Shown one piece after another: positions 9,335-16,477 of a DNA stretch of 32,047 bases. Position numbers and translations under genes: made by a program. Source of the DNA: a virus (taxonomy: Duplodnaviria; Caudoviricetes). Each line of letters starts with the position of its first letter. Position 1 is the first letter of the stretch. The notes below the pieces were generated by a model. The model was not told the origin of the DNA and did no database searches. It saw only the letters and a list, made by a program, of their open reading frames with translations. The stretch covers positions 1-32,047 of the IMG/VR virus record IMGVR_UViG_3300012942_000100; one strand, given 5' to 3'.

Positions 9335-9383
9335 TGTGGGCCGGACGGAGTCAGTTTGGGGATGAGGAGCCGTCCGGCCACAC
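9335..9383 (-). other. 5'-leader hairpin of the leftward transcript
   Basis: GGCCGGACGG (9339-9348) pairs with CCGTCCGGCC (9370-9379), just downstream of the predicted start site. Confidence 0.5.
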
Positions 9384-9387
9384 CACA

Positions 9388-9416
9388 AGCATTGCACACA
9401 CCGTGCCACCGCGCAA
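9388..9416 (-). promoter_or_regulatory. Leftward promoter of a divergent pair
   Basis: TTGCGC-N17-AATGCT on the minus strand. Confidence 0.55.
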
Positions 9417-9588
9417 GCATCAATATTGGCGCAGCGAGCGACAGATGACGGAGAGCGTCCTTGGACGCGGTTCCGGCACTCTGTCCGCCGAGCGAGCACC
9501 CCTAGTAGCTATTCTCACTAGTATGTCCCTGCTTGTGCCGTTGGCACCGCAGGGAATATAGTGATTCAAAGCTAAAGCTAACAGCCCC

Positions 9589-9617
9589 TTGCGCTAAAAC
9601 CTGGGGTAGGCAATACT
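9589..9617 (+). promoter_or_regulatory. Rightward promoter of a divergent pair
   Basis: TTGCGC-N17-AATACT upstream of AGGAG RBS and ATG 9649. Confidence 0.55.
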
Positions 9618-9648
9618 GGCAGGGCACGCCACACACCTAGGAGAACGC

Positions 9649-9945
9649 ATGAGACAAGAGAACCGAGTTGCACTTACCCACCTGGCTAACGTGCTGGAAG
9701 CACTCGATGAGATTCCAGTAAAAGTGTTGCTCATCGTGCATGACGCCGTGAAGGACTATGCCCTCACAGAGCAGCGCAGCGTCAAGCGCATGGAATCATT
9801 CAAGGACGAGCCTGGAACTGCGCAGAACTACCGCAATGGTGAGCGCTGTTTGCGTGAACTCAACAAGTGCCTCGTAATGCTAGAGGACGAGAATCTGGAG
9901 CGTGCAGTAATGCACATGCGCAGAGCAGCAGAGGCAAAGAAGTGA
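9649..9945 (+). CDS. Hypothetical helical protein
   Basis: 98 aa, AGGAG RBS, first gene of the rightward arm. Confidence 0.75.
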   Translation: MRQENRVALTHLANVLEALDEIPVKVLLIVHDAVKDYALTEQRSVKRMESFKDEPGTAQNYRNGERCLRELNKCLVMLEDENLERAVMHMRRAAEAKK

Positions 9946-10397
9946 ATAATCGCAGAGAATCAACCCTAAAGAAGCTGCTTAGCAGTCTGCGAGACGGAGA
10001 CGACCCACAGGGTGTGGCAAGGGATCTAGCTGTAGCACTCAGAGAAGAGATGAAGTCGGACAAGCGCTATGTGCAGGATAAGATGACCGACGCGCACCAG
10101 AATTCAGTGAGAGCACAGGCAATCCTAGAAGTAACCATTGAGTTGCTAGAATCTGGTGATACAGCACAAGCTTGTGATGAACTTGCTCATCTATTTGGTG
10201 AAGTATCAGTAGCGCCTAAGACTGTAGAAGAGCGTATCTCCATCCGTAAGGGCGCTAAGATTGTTACTCTCCTGGATACCCGAAGCCCTAACTTTGAGCA
10301 TGACAGATCTAGGATAGCTGCTGAAATCCGTAAAGCCAACCTTGCCAATGGGTGGGCAGCTGCTGAGTATGATGAGTACCTGAGGAGTACAAAATGA
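9942..10397 (+). CDS. Hypothetical protein
   Basis: GTG start overlapping the previous stop (GTGA), 151 aa. Confidence 0.7.
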   Translation: MNNRRESTLKKLLSSLRDGDDPQGVARDLAVALREEMKSDKRYVQDKMTDAHQNSVRAQAILEVTIELLESGDTAQACDELAHLFGEVSVAPKTVEERISIRKGAKIVTLLDTRSPNFEHDRSRIAAEIRKANLANGWAAAEYDEYLRSTK

Positions 10398-10567
10398 ACT
10401 ACACACTGATGTACGTCCTGTTCGTGCTAGCGTGCCTAGTGCTATCAGCAATTGCCGCCTACCTGATTGATAGGTGGAACTGGCGACGTACCTATGGCCA
10501 GCAGATGCGACACAGGCGTGGCATCAAGCGAGGACGCGGCCACACTAGACATGAGGAGGATGACTGA
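10394..10567 (+). CDS. 57-aa single-TM membrane protein (not in ORF track)
   Basis: MNYTLMYVLFVLACLVLSAIAAYLIDRWNWRR...; GAGGAG RBS; ATGA overlap. Confidence 0.65.
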   Translation: MNYTLMYVLFVLACLVLSAIAAYLIDRWNWRRTYGQQMRHRRGIKRGRGHTRHEEDD

Positions 10568-10698
10568 TGGCCATGTGTCCATTCTGCAAGACTCACTACA
10601 CACATGAGCGTGACAACGTGCAGGCGATCAAAGACTGCGCACGGCGCGACATTGTTGCTCATGTGGCCGAGAAGATGGAAATTAGAAGCAATGGCTAG
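10567..10698 (+). CDS. 43-aa CxxC/His protein (not in ORF track)
   Basis: MAMCPFCKTHYTHERDNVQAIKDCARR...; GAGGAGG RBS; TGATG overlap. Confidence 0.6.
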   Translation: MAMCPFCKTHYTHERDNVQAIKDCARRDIVAHVAEKMEIRSNG

Positions 10699-10885
10699 CT
10701 GGCGTGTGGAGAAGATGCACCAGCACTGCAAGGGCTGTAGCGAGTGTGCTGCTGCTGCCATTGAATGGGCCAACAAGACGGATGCCGACCGTGCCACCAG
10801 CACCGATCACACCGCTGACATGGTGGCGCTGCACAGTGCCACGGTCGTGCTGAAATCTTCAGAAGGAGGGCTTGCGCAACCCTGA
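10691..10885 (+). CDS. 64-aa protein with HxxxCxxC motif
   Basis: MASWRVEKMHQHCKGCSECAAAA...; overlaps the previous stop. Confidence 0.55.
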   Translation: MASWRVEKMHQHCKGCSECAAAAIEWANKTDADRATSTDHTADMVALHSATVVLKSSEGGLAQP

Positions 10886-10900
10886 TGGTTGAGCAATAAT
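10872..10900 (+). promoter_or_regulatory. Promoter for a leaderless gene at 10907
   Basis: TTGCGC-N17-AATAAT, 6 nt before the ATG. Confidence 0.6.
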
Positions 10901-10906
10901 CATCAC

Positions 10907-11056
10907 ATGAGCACTTACACCTTCATCCTCAAGTCCGGCGGTTCCATCATCCTCTACAACTGCTTCATCGTAGGCAATGGCGTTGCGGGAGAGCTGGCTG
11001 ACGGTCTGCCGCGCTGGATCGCCGACGAGGACATCGAGTACTCCCACAAGCACTAG
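10907..11056 (+). CDS. 49-aa hypothetical protein, leaderless (not in ORF track)
   Basis: MSTYTFILKSGGSIILYNCFIVGNGVAGELADGLPRWIADEDIEYSHKH; GC-rich third positions. Confidence 0.65.
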   Translation: MSTYTFILKSGGSIILYNCFIVGNGVAGELADGLPRWIADEDIEYSHKH

Positions 11057-11145
11057 TCCACACCCCGAAAAGGAGTCCATGGCTACCGTGCTGGCCAGAA
11101 CGCCAACACAGGAGAGAAGTCCATCAACAACAGGAAGGCACTGGC

Positions 11146-11301
11146 ATGAACCGCGAGAAGCTGTTCGAGCAGCTAGGATTCTCGTGGGACGACCCATTCA
11201 ACATCGGGGAGTTCCGAATCACCGACAAGGAAGGAGGCGTCCACATGGCCAACGTGTGGGAGAGCCGCCTCATCAACGCAATCGAAGGAATGATCAAGTG
11301 A
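11146..11301 (+). CDS. 51-aa hypothetical protein (not in ORF track)
   Basis: MNREKLFEQLGFSWDDPFNIGEFRITDKEGGVHMANVWESRLINAIEGMIK; GGAAGG RBS. Confidence 0.65.
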   Translation: MNREKLFEQLGFSWDDPFNIGEFRITDKEGGVHMANVWESRLINAIEGMIK

Positions 11302-11423
11302 GCAAGCAGCGCAAGAAGCTCCATTGCATCTGCAAGGGCAAGCAGGACCGGGTCCACCCCGGCACCGACCACCAGAAGCACATCGCCACGTGCCCGATGG
11401 TAACGGGTAGGCGTGACAGCTGA
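11298..11423 (+). CDS. 41-aa Cys/His-rich protein
   Basis: MSKQRKKLHCICKGKQDRVHPGTDHQKHIATCPMVTGRRDS; GTGA overlap, AAGGAA RBS. Confidence 0.55.
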   Translation: MSKQRKKLHCICKGKQDRVHPGTDHQKHIATCPMVTGRRDS

Positions 11424-11536
11424 TGGACGTCTGGTACGAGTGCACGTCGTGCAGCTTCGCCACCAACTCGCAGAAGTCCAGCTGGACTCACGAGCTCGAG
11501 ACCGGTCACAAGGTCAACGAGTCAGACAACGAATGA
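11423..11536 (+). CDS. 37-aa C2H2 zinc-finger micro-protein (not in ORF track)
   Basis: MDVWYECTSCSFATNSQKSSWTHELETGHKVNESDNE has C-x2-C-x12-H-x5-H; TGATG overlap. Confidence 0.6.
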   Translation: MDVWYECTSCSFATNSQKSSWTHELETGHKVNESDNE

Positions 11537-11540
11537 CCCA

Positions 11541-11579
11541 CGGCCACACCAAGTTCCTTAGCGCCGCTAGGTGTGGCCG
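11541..11579 (+). terminator. Hairpin ending the micro-gene operon
   Basis: CGGCCACACC (11541-11550) pairs with GGTGTGGCCG (11570-11579); no U-tract. Confidence 0.4.
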
Positions 11580-11584
11580 CCCCA

Positions 11585-11613
11585 TTGTGGGAAAATAATC
11601 TATGCGCTAAACT
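11585..11613 (+). promoter_or_regulatory. Promoter for the nucleotide-modification cluster
   Basis: TTGTGG-N17-TAAACT; same gcTAAACT -10 as the 4166 promoter. Confidence 0.45.
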
Positions 11614-11661
11614 TAGCTAAGCCCGGTGCCCCATACCGGCAGAACAGTCCAAGGAGGACTC

Positions 11662-12411
11662 ATGCTGCACACAAACTCCATCGACGACGTCGTTCAGGCG
11701 CTGGCCGCAGCCTACATCGATCCCCGTACTGGGAACAAGGTGCTCTACTCGGTCAGCTGGCTGGCCGACAAGGACTCCATGATCGGCCACATCAACAAGG
11801 ACTGGGTCCGCCGCGAGCTCGACTGGTTCAACAGTGGCAGCAACAACGTCAACGACATGGAAGGACCTGTGCCGAGCCTGTTCCGGGCCTGCGCAGGCGA
11901 GGACGGCAAGGTCAACAGCGCCTACGGGTACATCCTGTTCGGCAGCGGCGAGTTCCTGCCCCCGGTGCCCAGCCTGTACGAGCGCATCGTGCAGACCCTC
12001 ATCAACGAGGGAGCAGGCACGCGCCACGCAGTCGCCATCATCAGCGACCGCGACATCCACTACATCAGCAAGTACAGTGGGCGTCACGACTTCATCTGCA
12101 CCAACGCACTCAACGTCATGGTTGACGCGGACAACCAGTTGCACATCATCGCGCAGATGCGCAGCATGGACGCGGTGTTCGGCTACAGGGCCGACTACAG
12201 TATGTGGGACAGCCTCATGACCCGGCTGCTGCAGGACCTGGCGCTGGTCATCCCCGGCATCGAGCGCGGCAACATCTACTTCCAGGTGGCCAACCTGCAC
12301 GTCTACCCGCGTCACTTCGCGCTGCTGCAGGACGTCGCCTACGACACCGAAGAGCGCCTGGCCCGCCGAGTGTGGCAGAACCCGGTGCGCATTCCCGGTC
12401 TGGACAAGTGA
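11662..12411 (+). CDS. Thymidylate-synthase-fold enzyme, T4 gp42-like dCMP hydroxymethylase
   Basis: AAGGAGG RBS; RELDW, VNSAYG, DFICTN, MRSMDAVFGYRADY and NLHVYPRHF parallel T4 gp42 (RELEW, INSNYG, DFMCTN, MRSNDVVFGFRNDY, SLHVYSRHF). Confidence 0.85.
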   Translation: MLHTNSIDDVVQALAAAYIDPRTGNKVLYSVSWLADKDSMIGHINKDWVRRELDWFNSGSNNVNDMEGPVPSLFRACAGEDGKVNSAYGYILFGSGEFLPPVPSLYERIVQTLINEGAGTRHAVAIISDRDIHYISKYSGRHDFICTNALNVMVDADNQLHIIAQMRSMDAVFGYRADYSMWDSLMTRLLQDLALVIPGIERGNIYFQVANLHVYPRHFALLQDVAYDTEERLARRVWQNPVRIPGLDK

Positions 12412-12581
12412 TGGTCCCGCAGCGCAGCCGCAGGGGGCTGGCCATCATCATCCTCTGCGTGCTGGTAGTGGCCGTGCTGCTGGCCGCGTGGCTCATCCTG
12501 GTGGGCCTGTGGTGGGTCATCGCCATCGTGGGCGCAGCAGCACTCGTCTACACGATCATCGAAGGGTACTGGAAGCCATGA
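12411..12581 (+). CDS. 56-aa two-TM membrane protein
   Basis: Very hydrophobic; TGATG-coupled to the hydroxymethylase gene. Confidence 0.7.
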   Translation: MVPQRSRRGLAIIILCVLVVAVLLAAWLILVGLWWVIAIVGAAALVYTIIEGYWKP

Positions 12582-12871
12582 CCGCAACGCTCTGGACCGT
12601 CATCGGCTACATGGGTCAGCTGTTCCTGCTGCTGCTCCTAGCCATCCTCCTCTTCATCGTCCTGGCAGGGCTGGGGCTGGCCATCTGGCGCGCAGTAGCC
12701 AAGCTGCTGCACCGCCAGCCCAAGTACCGGCCAGAGCAGGACCTGGAGAAGTACGTGCGGGAGGTCAACGCCATCAGCGCCAGTCAGTACGGCAGTGGCA
12801 CACACGACCGTGAGGTCTTCCGCGCAGGTGCCAACTGGGCGTGGGGCTACTTCCACCGGAAGCACAGCTGA
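12578..12871 (+). CDS. 97-aa membrane protein
   Basis: N-terminal Leu-rich TM segment; ATGA overlap. Confidence 0.7.
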   Translation: MTATLWTVIGYMGQLFLLLLLAILLFIVLAGLGLAIWRAVAKLLHRQPKYRPEQDLEKYVREVNAISASQYGSGTHDREVFRAGANWAWGYFHRKHS

Positions 12872-13098
12872 TGGCACACGCAATTCACCTGAATGGTGGT
12901 CCCTGGCACGACAAGGTGGTCGCCATAGAGGATGGCCGTGACCACATCCACTTGGTCATGCCAGACATCGACCCGGCCAAGATGCTTGACCCGACTGCTG
13001 CTGGCGAGCGTGTCCCTGTCAAGGAGGGCACGTACAGCCAAGTGCTGGGAGAACCGGATCAGTTCGAGTGGGATGGATGGGGGTCGACCCGTGCCTAA
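12871..13098 (+). CDS. 75-aa hypothetical protein (LxGGP motif)
   Basis: MAHAIHLNGGPWHDK...; TGATG overlap. Confidence 0.65.
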   Translation: MAHAIHLNGGPWHDKVVAIEDGRDHIHLVMPDIDPAKMLDPTAAGERVPVKEGTYSQVLGEPDQFEWDGWGSTRA

Positions 13099-14029
13099 CG
13101 AGCACATCGCGCTACTGCGCACGCCCAAGCTGACCAAATGGTTATACCCCATCTACGTGCCTAGCTACAGCCGGGCCGGTAGCGCACCACTGCTGGAGAT
13201 GCTGAAGGACGCTAGCGACTACGTCCAGCGCAATGTGACGATCGTTGTGCGTCCCGAGGAGGTCAGCGACTACCACCTGGCCTACCCGTGGGCAGTTGTC
13301 ATCGCAGAACGCCAGCCAGGGATCGGCCCGGCCCGAATGCGCTGCTTGCGTAACGCTGAGCGTCGTGGGTACAAGCGCATCGTCGTGCTAGATGACGACA
13401 TCATCCACGTCAGCCTGCTGGAGCGACCCGCTGGCAGCAGCCACACGCGCCGATACAGCGCCAAGGTCAGCGGCTGGGCTGAGCCCGGCCTACTGGTGCG
13501 CAGCTTGGCTGTCGCCTGCCACCTGGCCGACGGGGTGTTCAAGGTGCGCCCGGCTGCAAGCTACGGCGCAGCCCGCAACGCGCTCTTCAGCGGTGACGTA
13601 GACACCAGCATCGGGGCCACACTCAACAAGGGCAGCTTCCCGGCCTGCGTCATGTTCATGGACGTTGAGCGGTTCACCATGCGTGAGCGCGACCTGCCTG
13701 CGGAGTTCCACTTCCACGGTGAGGACCTAGCCATGTTCCTGGATGCCCTGACGCAGGAGCAGGAAGTGTTCACCTTGCCTGGTGTGGCCTACGACCAGCA
13801 CGGCAGCATCCAGACCACGATCCCACTGGACCCGCAGGACGCAGTTGGCAGGCCGCACCTGCAACACACCGCTGACGCCTACCCATACATGCATGACTTC
13901 CTGCGAGTGAGCATGAAGAACAAGCTTGGCGGCGTCATGCGAATCGGAGTAAACTGGAACCGCTGGTACAAGGCCACCGGCACCGAGCCGGTGGAGATTC
14001 CACTGACAGAGCTCATCAAGGAGAGCTAG
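13091..14029 (+). CDS. GT-A glycosyltransferase, TAGT / beta-glucosyl-HMC-alpha-glucosyltransferase-like
   Basis: IYVPSYSRAG, IVVRPEE, GIGPAR, VLDDDI (DxD) and HGEDL motifs, as in the T2/T6 second glucosyltransferase family. Confidence 0.8.
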   Translation: MPNEHIALLRTPKLTKWLYPIYVPSYSRAGSAPLLEMLKDASDYVQRNVTIVVRPEEVSDYHLAYPWAVVIAERQPGIGPARMRCLRNAERRGYKRIVVLDDDIIHVSLLERPAGSSHTRRYSAKVSGWAEPGLLVRSLAVACHLADGVFKVRPAASYGAARNALFSGDVDTSIGATLNKGSFPACVMFMDVERFTMRERDLPAEFHFHGEDLAMFLDALTQEQEVFTLPGVAYDQHGSIQTTIPLDPQDAVGRPHLQHTADAYPYMHDFLRVSMKNKLGGVMRIGVNWNRWYKATGTEPVEIPLTELIKES

Positions 14030-14602
14030 ATGTTCATCGCGTTTGAAGGCCCAGACAACGTGGGCAAGTCCACCAGCGCAGCCAACCTGGCGACTAGTGG
14101 CCATGCTATCTACAATGCCACTAAGGGTGTGCACCAGGTAGAGCAGCAGCGAATCAACCCCGAACCGGATCTATTGGTCACGTACGATCGTATCGACTGG
14201 TTCAGCCACATGGTGTACCGGCTAGCACTGCCCACGCACGAGTGGAACGACGCTCGGGTGCGCACCGTGTTCGCCATGCCAGACACTCACCTGGTGGTGA
14301 AGTTACACCGCCCAGACATGGCTGAGAAGATCAGCGATGAGCTGTACAAGACCGGCACGCTGGCAGAGGTCAACCCCGTGTACTACTACTTCACGGACTG
14401 GCTGATGCAGCTCAATCGCATTCGTGAGTACAACCTGTTCAAGACGATCAGCATCGTAGAGGTCGTCAACGACCAGCAGGGCAACTTCAGCCAGCGTCTG
14501 GCAGCGTTCGACAGCCCTATTGCTGAGCGCTGGGACGAGGCTGACGGCTGGACAGACGAGGCACTGCTGGAGTTGTTGCGCCATGAAGACCAGCACCGCT
14601 AA
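14030..14602 (+). CDS. Thymidylate-kinase-like dNMP kinase
   Basis: IAFEGPDNVGKST P-loop and YDR motif. Confidence 0.85.
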   Translation: MFIAFEGPDNVGKSTSAANLATSGHAIYNATKGVHQVEQQRINPEPDLLVTYDRIDWFSHMVYRLALPTHEWNDARVRTVFAMPDTHLVVKLHRPDMAEKISDELYKTGTLAEVNPVYYYFTDWLMQLNRIREYNLFKTISIVEVVNDQQGNFSQRLAAFDSPIAERWDEADGWTDEALLELLRHEDQHR

Positions 14603-15305
14603 GCTGGCTCAGTACCGGCACGAGGACCACGTCTTCAAGATAGGAGCGCTGCTCAAGAGAACAGAGCCAACCTACCCGTTAGCAGTACGGCTGGAAGCTC
14701 AGCAGGAGATTCTCAGCTGGCGCGACAACGGACTCATCCTGCAAGAGTATGGAAAGGAAGTGAACATGGCTCAGCAGAAGACGCGGGCGCATGCCAAGCC
14801 CGACCCCAAGACGTTCAGCGGTCAGGGCATCATCTTCGCTGTGGTTGACGACCGTGAGGAGATGCGTACTGGACGTGTGACTACCATCGATGTCATCGCT
14901 GATGGCATTGAGAAGGCGCTGGACAACGGCAAGGAGACCAGCGAGGATATCGCTAGGTACCTCACCACCAGCGCGTTCCAGCATGTGCCAGACAAGCGCG
15001 TGCGGTTCAACAGCATTCTCAAAGCCGGAGACGCTGTGGGCGCTATGATCACCCGCAAGCTGTACAATGCGTACAACGAGCTGGCTGCCATGGCGGACGA
15101 GGAAGAGGACGCCAAGAAGAAGGCCACACTCAAGGAGGAAGCACGTGGGTTCGCCGAGGCGCTGAACGTGGTCATTAGCCCTTTCTCGTGCGAAGACAGC
15201 GAAGACCCGCGTCTGGTCAACTGGGATGAGGTTGACCGTATCACGGCCAACTTCGAGAAGGAGCAGCGAGAGGTTCGCCGAGCGAGGAAAGGAAATCCGC
15301 AGTGA
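14583..15305 (+). CDS. Hypothetical protein (alternative start 14766)
   Basis: 240-aa ORF; internal GAAAGGAAG RBS before ATG 14766. Confidence 0.7.
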   Translation: MKTSTAKLAQYRHEDHVFKIGALLKRTEPTYPLAVRLEAQQEILSWRDNGLILQEYGKEVNMAQQKTRAHAKPDPKTFSGQGIIFAVVDDREEMRTGRVTTIDVIADGIEKALDNGKETSEDIARYLTTSAFQHVPDKRVRFNSILKAGDAVGAMITRKLYNAYNELAAMADEEEDAKKKATLKEEARGFAEALNVVISPFSCEDSEDPRLVNWDEVDRITANFEKEQREVRRARKGNPQ

Positions 15306-15685
15306 ACGAGGCAGTAGAGAAAGTACAAGCAGCAGAGGGCTTCGACTTCCTGCTGGATCTCCAGCTTCAGGTGGAAGAAGGCTGGGGACGAGCCATCGAT
15401 CCCAGCATCGACGAGGACGTGAGCAGCTATGTGCGCGACGTGGTACTGTGTGCCACGGACGAGCTGCATGAGGTCCTCGCTGAGGTCCACTGGAAGCCGT
15501 GGAAGGACAAGCGCGGCATCAAGGACATCTCCAAGTACCGTGAGGAGATGGCAGACGTGCTGCACTTCATCCTGGACCTGTACCTGGCAGCGGGTCTCAC
15601 CGGTCAGGACATCGTCACCGACTACATCGCCAAGAACACCGAGAACCTGCTCAGGATCAAGAACCCCGACTACCGAGCAAGCTAG
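15302..15685 (+). CDS. All-alpha NTP pyrophosphatase (dimeric dUTPase / T4 gp56 dCTPase / MazG-like)
   Basis: DELHEVLAEVHWKPWK and EEMADVLHF motifs, C-terminal YIAKNTENLLR. Confidence 0.85.
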   Translation: MNEAVEKVQAAEGFDFLLDLQLQVEEGWGRAIDPSIDEDVSSYVRDVVLCATDELHEVLAEVHWKPWKDKRGIKDISKYREEMADVLHFILDLYLAAGLTGQDIVTDYIAKNTENLLRIKNPDYRAS

Positions 15686-15694
15686 GAGAACACA

Positions 15695-15856
15695 ATGAAA
15701 CCCACGAGTGAACAGAAGGTGCTTGCCGACGAGGCAACCGAAGGCGCACGTCGTGCCGAGCGCCAGTACGAGCTGGAGCGCGCTAAGGTGCTGGCGCTCG
15801 CTAGCATAGCGCAGAGCCTGGCAGTCATCTCAGAAGCCATCGCAGAGGACATGTGA
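15695..15856 (+). CDS. 53-aa helical hypothetical protein (not in ORF track)
   Basis: MKPTSEQKVLADEATEGARRAERQYELERAKVLALASIAQSLAVISEAIAEDM; AGGAG RBS. Confidence 0.65.
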   Translation: MKPTSEQKVLADEATEGARRAERQYELERAKVLALASIAQSLAVISEAIAEDM

Positions 15857-16017
15857 TGCCGGGCAAGGTGCTGAGCTGGGGAGACAAGCACAAGTGCTTC
15901 CTCCTGGTGCCACCCGAGGCCGGTATTCTTGCTCCGGTGGGCACCAAGTGGCAGTGCAGCGAGTGTGGCACCGTGTGGACACTTGTCAAGGGCAAGGGCT
16001 GGCAGCCCCATGTCTAG
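15856..16017 (+). CDS. 53-aa zinc-ribbon-like protein (not in ORF track)
   Basis: HKC...KWQCSECGTVW; TGATG overlap, GAGGA RBS. Confidence 0.65.
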   Translation: MPGKVLSWGDKHKCFLLVPPEAGILAPVGTKWQCSECGTVWTLVKGKGWQPHV

Positions 16018-16477
16018 GTCAAGTTGGGACACCGTCTGGGCTGATGTGGCCCGGGCGGTGTCTCGTCGTAGTAGTTGCACACGTGCCCAGGTTGGTGCTG
16101 TCTTGGTCAAGGAGAACCGAGTGGTAGCCACGGGCTACAACGGCCCTGCCAGCGGCTACCCCGGAGACACCGACCTGGGGTGCACGGCCTGGTGCGCCAG
16201 GGCTAGCCAGCAGCCCCAGCAGCAGGCTGGCTATGGGTTTAGCTGCCCCAGCATACACGCCGAGGCCAACGCGCTGCTGTACGCCAGCCGAAGAGACGCT
16301 GAGCAGGCCACACTCTACGTAACCCATGCACCGTGCGCGGATTGTGCCAAGCTCATCAGCAACAGTGGTGTAGCGAGAGTGGTGCTGCTGCAAGAACCCG
16401 AGCCGCACCGACCAGATCCTATCCCGTATCTTGTGTCGTGTGGTTTGGAAGTGAGCGTATACTATGGAGTTACGTGA
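16010..16477 (+). CDS. dCMP deaminase
   Basis: RSSCTRAQVGAVLV, TGYNG, HAEANAL and PCADCAK Zn-deaminase motifs. Confidence 0.92.
   Translation: MSRSSWDTVWADVARAVSRRSSCTRAQVGAVLVKENRVVATGYNGPASGYPGDTDLGCTAWCARASQQPQQQAGYGFSCPSIHAEANALLYASRRDAEQATLYVTHAPCADCAKLISNSGVARVVLLQEPEPHRPDPIPYLVSCGLEVSVYYGVT

Noticed and set aside
10977-11297. Long ORF 10977-11423 or a start at 11079
   Set aside because: Atypical codons, and it overlaps better-supported small ORFs at 10907 and 11146; only the part from 11298 is retained.
11662-12411. Ordinary thymidylate synthase (thyA)
   Set aside because: Has Asp rather than Asn at the specificity position and DFICTN rather than the LxPCH motif.
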